Shown here: positions 61,657-64,000 of the stretch, one piece after another | Numbering within the stretch: position 1 is the stretch's first letter | Layout: each line of letters begins with the position of its first letter | DNA from: Coleofasciculus sp. B1-GNL1-01 | Lineage (GTDB): Bacteria; Cyanobacteriota; Cyanobacteriia; Cyanobacteriales; Coleofasciculaceae | NCBI GenBank assembly: GCA_040220235.1 | Contig: JAVJTO010000004.1 | Length of the DNA: 64,000 bases | Direction: 5' to 3' (one strand) | The notes under the pieces: model-generated | The model's database searches: none | Told to the model about the DNA's origin: nothing | What the model saw: only the letters and a program-made list of their open reading frames with translations | Made by a program: the position numbers and the translations under genes

Positions 61657-62066
61657 GAGTCCTGATCGATACTAATGTTATTTTAGATTATTTACTGGAA
61701 CGAGAGCCGTTTTTGCAAGATGCACAAGCCTTATTTCAGGCGATTGGTTCTGAGCAGGTTATTGGTTATGTTACAGCAACAACGCTAACTGATATCTTCT
61801 ACATTGCGAGAAGACAGACTCAGAGCGTTGAGCAGGCAAACCAAGTCGTCTCTATGACACTGGCAGTGATGGAAATTTGCCCAGTGGATCGCGCTGTATT
61901 GGAGGTAGCTTTAACATCTGGTATAAGAGATTTTGAAGATGCTGTGCAGGTTGCTTGTGCGATTGCTCAAACTTTAGATGCAATTGTTACCCGTGATACA
62001 CAGGATTTTTATAATGCAACCGTACCTGTTTTATCGGTTAGTCAACTATTGGAACAGTTGGAATAA
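61653..62066 (+). CDS. PIN-domain (VapC-like) toxin
   Basis: LIDTNVILD, DFEDAVQ, IVTRD..DF. Confidence 0.9.
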   Translation: MRVLIDTNVILDYLLEREPFLQDAQALFQAIGSEQVIGYVTATTLTDIFYIARRQTQSVEQANQVVSMTLAVMEICPVDRAVLEVALTSGIRDFEDAVQVACAIAQTLDAIVTRDTQDFYNATVPVLSVSQLLEQLE

Positions 62067-62310
62067 CTCTGTACTTTAACACTAATGCGATCGCTTCCCT
62101 CCAACAGACTCAAGAATCCTGGGTAAGGGGGAAACCAGAAGTTCCGTTATTCCCTCCCCTTGCCCAAGGGAGGGTCAGAAAGGGGTCTGTCTCTAGGTAT
62201 GGGAGTTTTTTAGCTTAAGTTGAATGGTAAGCCTTGCGCTCCTACAGTTGGTTGTACCGCACAGGAGAACCAGATTGCTATCATTTATGTGTAGCGGTGA
62301 GGACAGCGAA

Positions 62311-62565
62311 ATGACGATTGCGGAGGTTCGTGAGCTGGTGCAATATGTCACCAACGTTCATGGTGAAACAACTGGCGTATTAGTTCCTCTGAATGTTTGG
62401 GAAGAGCTTCTGAAATCGTTACAGGCTTTTGCCGATGAGCTTGAACAAATTGATGAAGCAGAACCTAATGAGCAAATTCTAGCAGATTTGAAGGATTCCC
62501 TTCGTTATGTGAAAGCAGGGCAAACGTTCCCTATCTCTGAATTATGGGATGGAATTGATGTCTGA
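62311..62565 (+). CDS. Putative antitoxin
   Basis: GAGGA RBS before ATG; ends G.TFPISELWDGIDV overlapping the toxin start. Confidence 0.65.
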   Translation: MTIAEVRELVQYVTNVHGETTGVLVPLNVWEELLKSLQAFADELEQIDEAEPNEQILADLKDSLRYVKAGQTFPISELWDGIDV

Positions 62566-62893
62566 AAATTCGGCTGTTGAGGTTCGATTTACGTTGCCGT
62601 TTAAGCGTCGGCTGAAATCCCTCTCCAAGCATTATCGTCAGATTCGTAAGGATATTCAACCCATAATTGATGAGCTTCAGGCTGGAAATTTTGTTGGCGC
62701 TCAGATTGCTGGGACAAACTATGTTGTTTTCAAGGTGCGAGCAAAGAATAGACTCTTGCACTTGGCGATTAGAAATCGCAGCTATACAAACCAAACCCAC
62801 CTACGTGGGTTTCCAACCTTTTTTGTTAGTCCTTACCTTGCGGACTTTGCTTGTATATGCCCCTCCAATTCTATTCTGAAGGCATGGTACTAA
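62558..62893 (+). pseudogene. RelE/HigB-like toxin truncated near 62749 by a repeat element
   Basis: FKRRLKSLSKHYRQIRKD...VFKVRAKN N-terminal half; expected GKSGGYR.IY half replaced by repeat-derived residues. Confidence 0.65.
62764..62860. repeat. Cyanobacterial palindromic dispersed repeat
   Basis: GCGATT-AG-AAATCGC hairpin; AAACCCAC-CTAC-GTGGGTTT hairpin; AGTCC...GGACT. Confidence 0.6.
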
Positions 62894-62901
62894 ATTTGAA
62901 A

Positions 62902-64000
62902 TCAACTCAAGCGCTGGCGTAGCCACAACGCCAACAGAGGGAGAGCCAGTCGATAATTTTGCTCGGAGCCATAAATCAAGCCTTTGTGTTGTAATCCCGC
63001 GATCGCGCCTTGGAGACTCCCCCCTCTGGATAGGTAATGTTTGTGAATATAATCGCGACTTTGGGGCTTGTCAGTCGGATCTAATGCCAGAGATTCCAAC
63101 AGATGCGCCTGATTCGCCGGAAGCAGCATCAGTAATGACTCGAAAACCATGGATAGGTCAGATAATAGCTCTTGAATTGCCTGCTGGATGTGGCGATCGC
63201 GGATTAATCCGTCAGCCACTCGCACCGACTGGAGGCGTCGCACCAGTGCGGAAGCATCCCCTAAATGTCCCTGTACCGCATTGACAAACAATTCCAAGGC
63301 TTGCGATCGCGGATCGAATGTTAGCCCTTCGACATGCAGAACCTCCTGCGCCCAAGCCGCCACCACATCATTGGCTAAGGGGGCTAGCTGCACGATTTCT
63401 AAGCTATTTCCCAGTTCATCGGGATGAATGCTAATTTCTGCGATCGTTGCTACTAATACATAACTCACCTGAGTCTGACGCTCGATCTCTTGCTTCAAAA
63501 AATTTTCCCACACCCTATGACGATCCCAAGAGCGAATGTGGGGGAAGCTTTCCAAAATTAGCACCACCCGTTCACCTGTAGATTTGGCTAATTCTTGTAG
63601 GAGTTCCAGTAATCCCTCAAATGCTTTCCATTGCTGCTGTTGACTCTTTACCCGAACAGGTTTTAGCTGCGCTCTACCTCGTCTACTATCGTTGAGGACA
63701 AATAATTCAGCCGCTTTGTGTTCAATCCACTCTTGCATGAGAGCGTGAGCCGTTGTACTGAAAAACGTCTGATTGATGCTCTCGCACAACAATTGCACGA
63801 AGCGTTGACCATCAGTCACCCGGATACAGTCAACTTCCAGGATTTTCACACCAACTTCCCGAGCCGCTAGCCGTACCAGACTCCGCCGTCCGCTTCCCGG
63901 TACTCCCACAATCAACAGGTTGCCCTCATGGGCTAAAACCTGGATGATTCGCTGGAATTGCGATTGCCGTCCAACCAATTGAAACGGTGTTGATACATCC
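62902..64000 (-). CDS. P-loop ATP-binding protein (AAA/archaeal-ATPase-like), 5' end at or just beyond the window edge
   Basis: LVGR; degenerate Walker A GVPGSGRRS; frame open to the window end. Confidence 0.75.
   Translation of the reverse strand, partial: DVSTPFQLVGRQSQFQRIIQVLAHEGNLLIVGVPGSGRRSLVRLAAREVGVKILEVDCIRVTDGQRFVQLLCESINQTFFSTTAHALMQEWIEHKAAELFVLNDSRRGRAQLKPVRVKSQQQQWKAFEGLLELLQELAKSTGERVVLILESFPHIRSWDRHRVWENFLKQEIERQTQVSYVLVATIAEISIHPDELGNSLEIVQLAPLANDVVAAWAQEVLHVEGLTFDPRSQALELFVNAVQGHLGDASALVRRLQSVRVADGLIRDRHIQQAIQELLSDLSMVFESLLMLLPANQAHLLESLALDPTDKPQSRDYIHKHYLSRGGSLQGAIAGLQHKGLIYGSEQNYRLALPLLALWLRQRLS

Overview
Chromosomal segment of a filamentous cyanobacterium. This is inferred from frequent HIP1 octamers (GCGATCGC), heptamer STRR runs, GTAG-type REP/REPIN repeats, tocopherol cyclase, a SigE-type sigma factor and a dnaK3-dnaJ pair; a Coleofasciculus/Oscillatoriales-like host is my guess. 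The standout feature is a tRNA-Arg(CCU) gene on the minus strand (9767-10708), split right after the anticodon by an 868-nt IC3-like group I intron. The intron carries an intact two-motif LAGLIDADG homing endonuclease, looped out between P7 and P3 by a perfect 10-bp helix. Other notable content: (i) a ~335-bp HIP1-bounded repeat with its own sigma70 promoter and nested inverted repeats, flanking a BrnT-type TA pair, plus a third diverged copy; (ii) a FAAL/acyl dehydrogenase/ACP/MBOAT operon next to lipid-carrier glycosylation genes; (iii) a ~19-kb AT-rich sulfated-polysaccharide cluster (Wzm/Wzt, 3 sulfotransferases, many GTs, Wzy-like protein) with an antisense RTX gene and MITE-like elements; (iv) a REPIN inserted in frame in a PMT-family gene; (v) a NACHT/TA defence-like cluster after dnaJ. 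All calls come from reading the sequence by eye; no searches were run.
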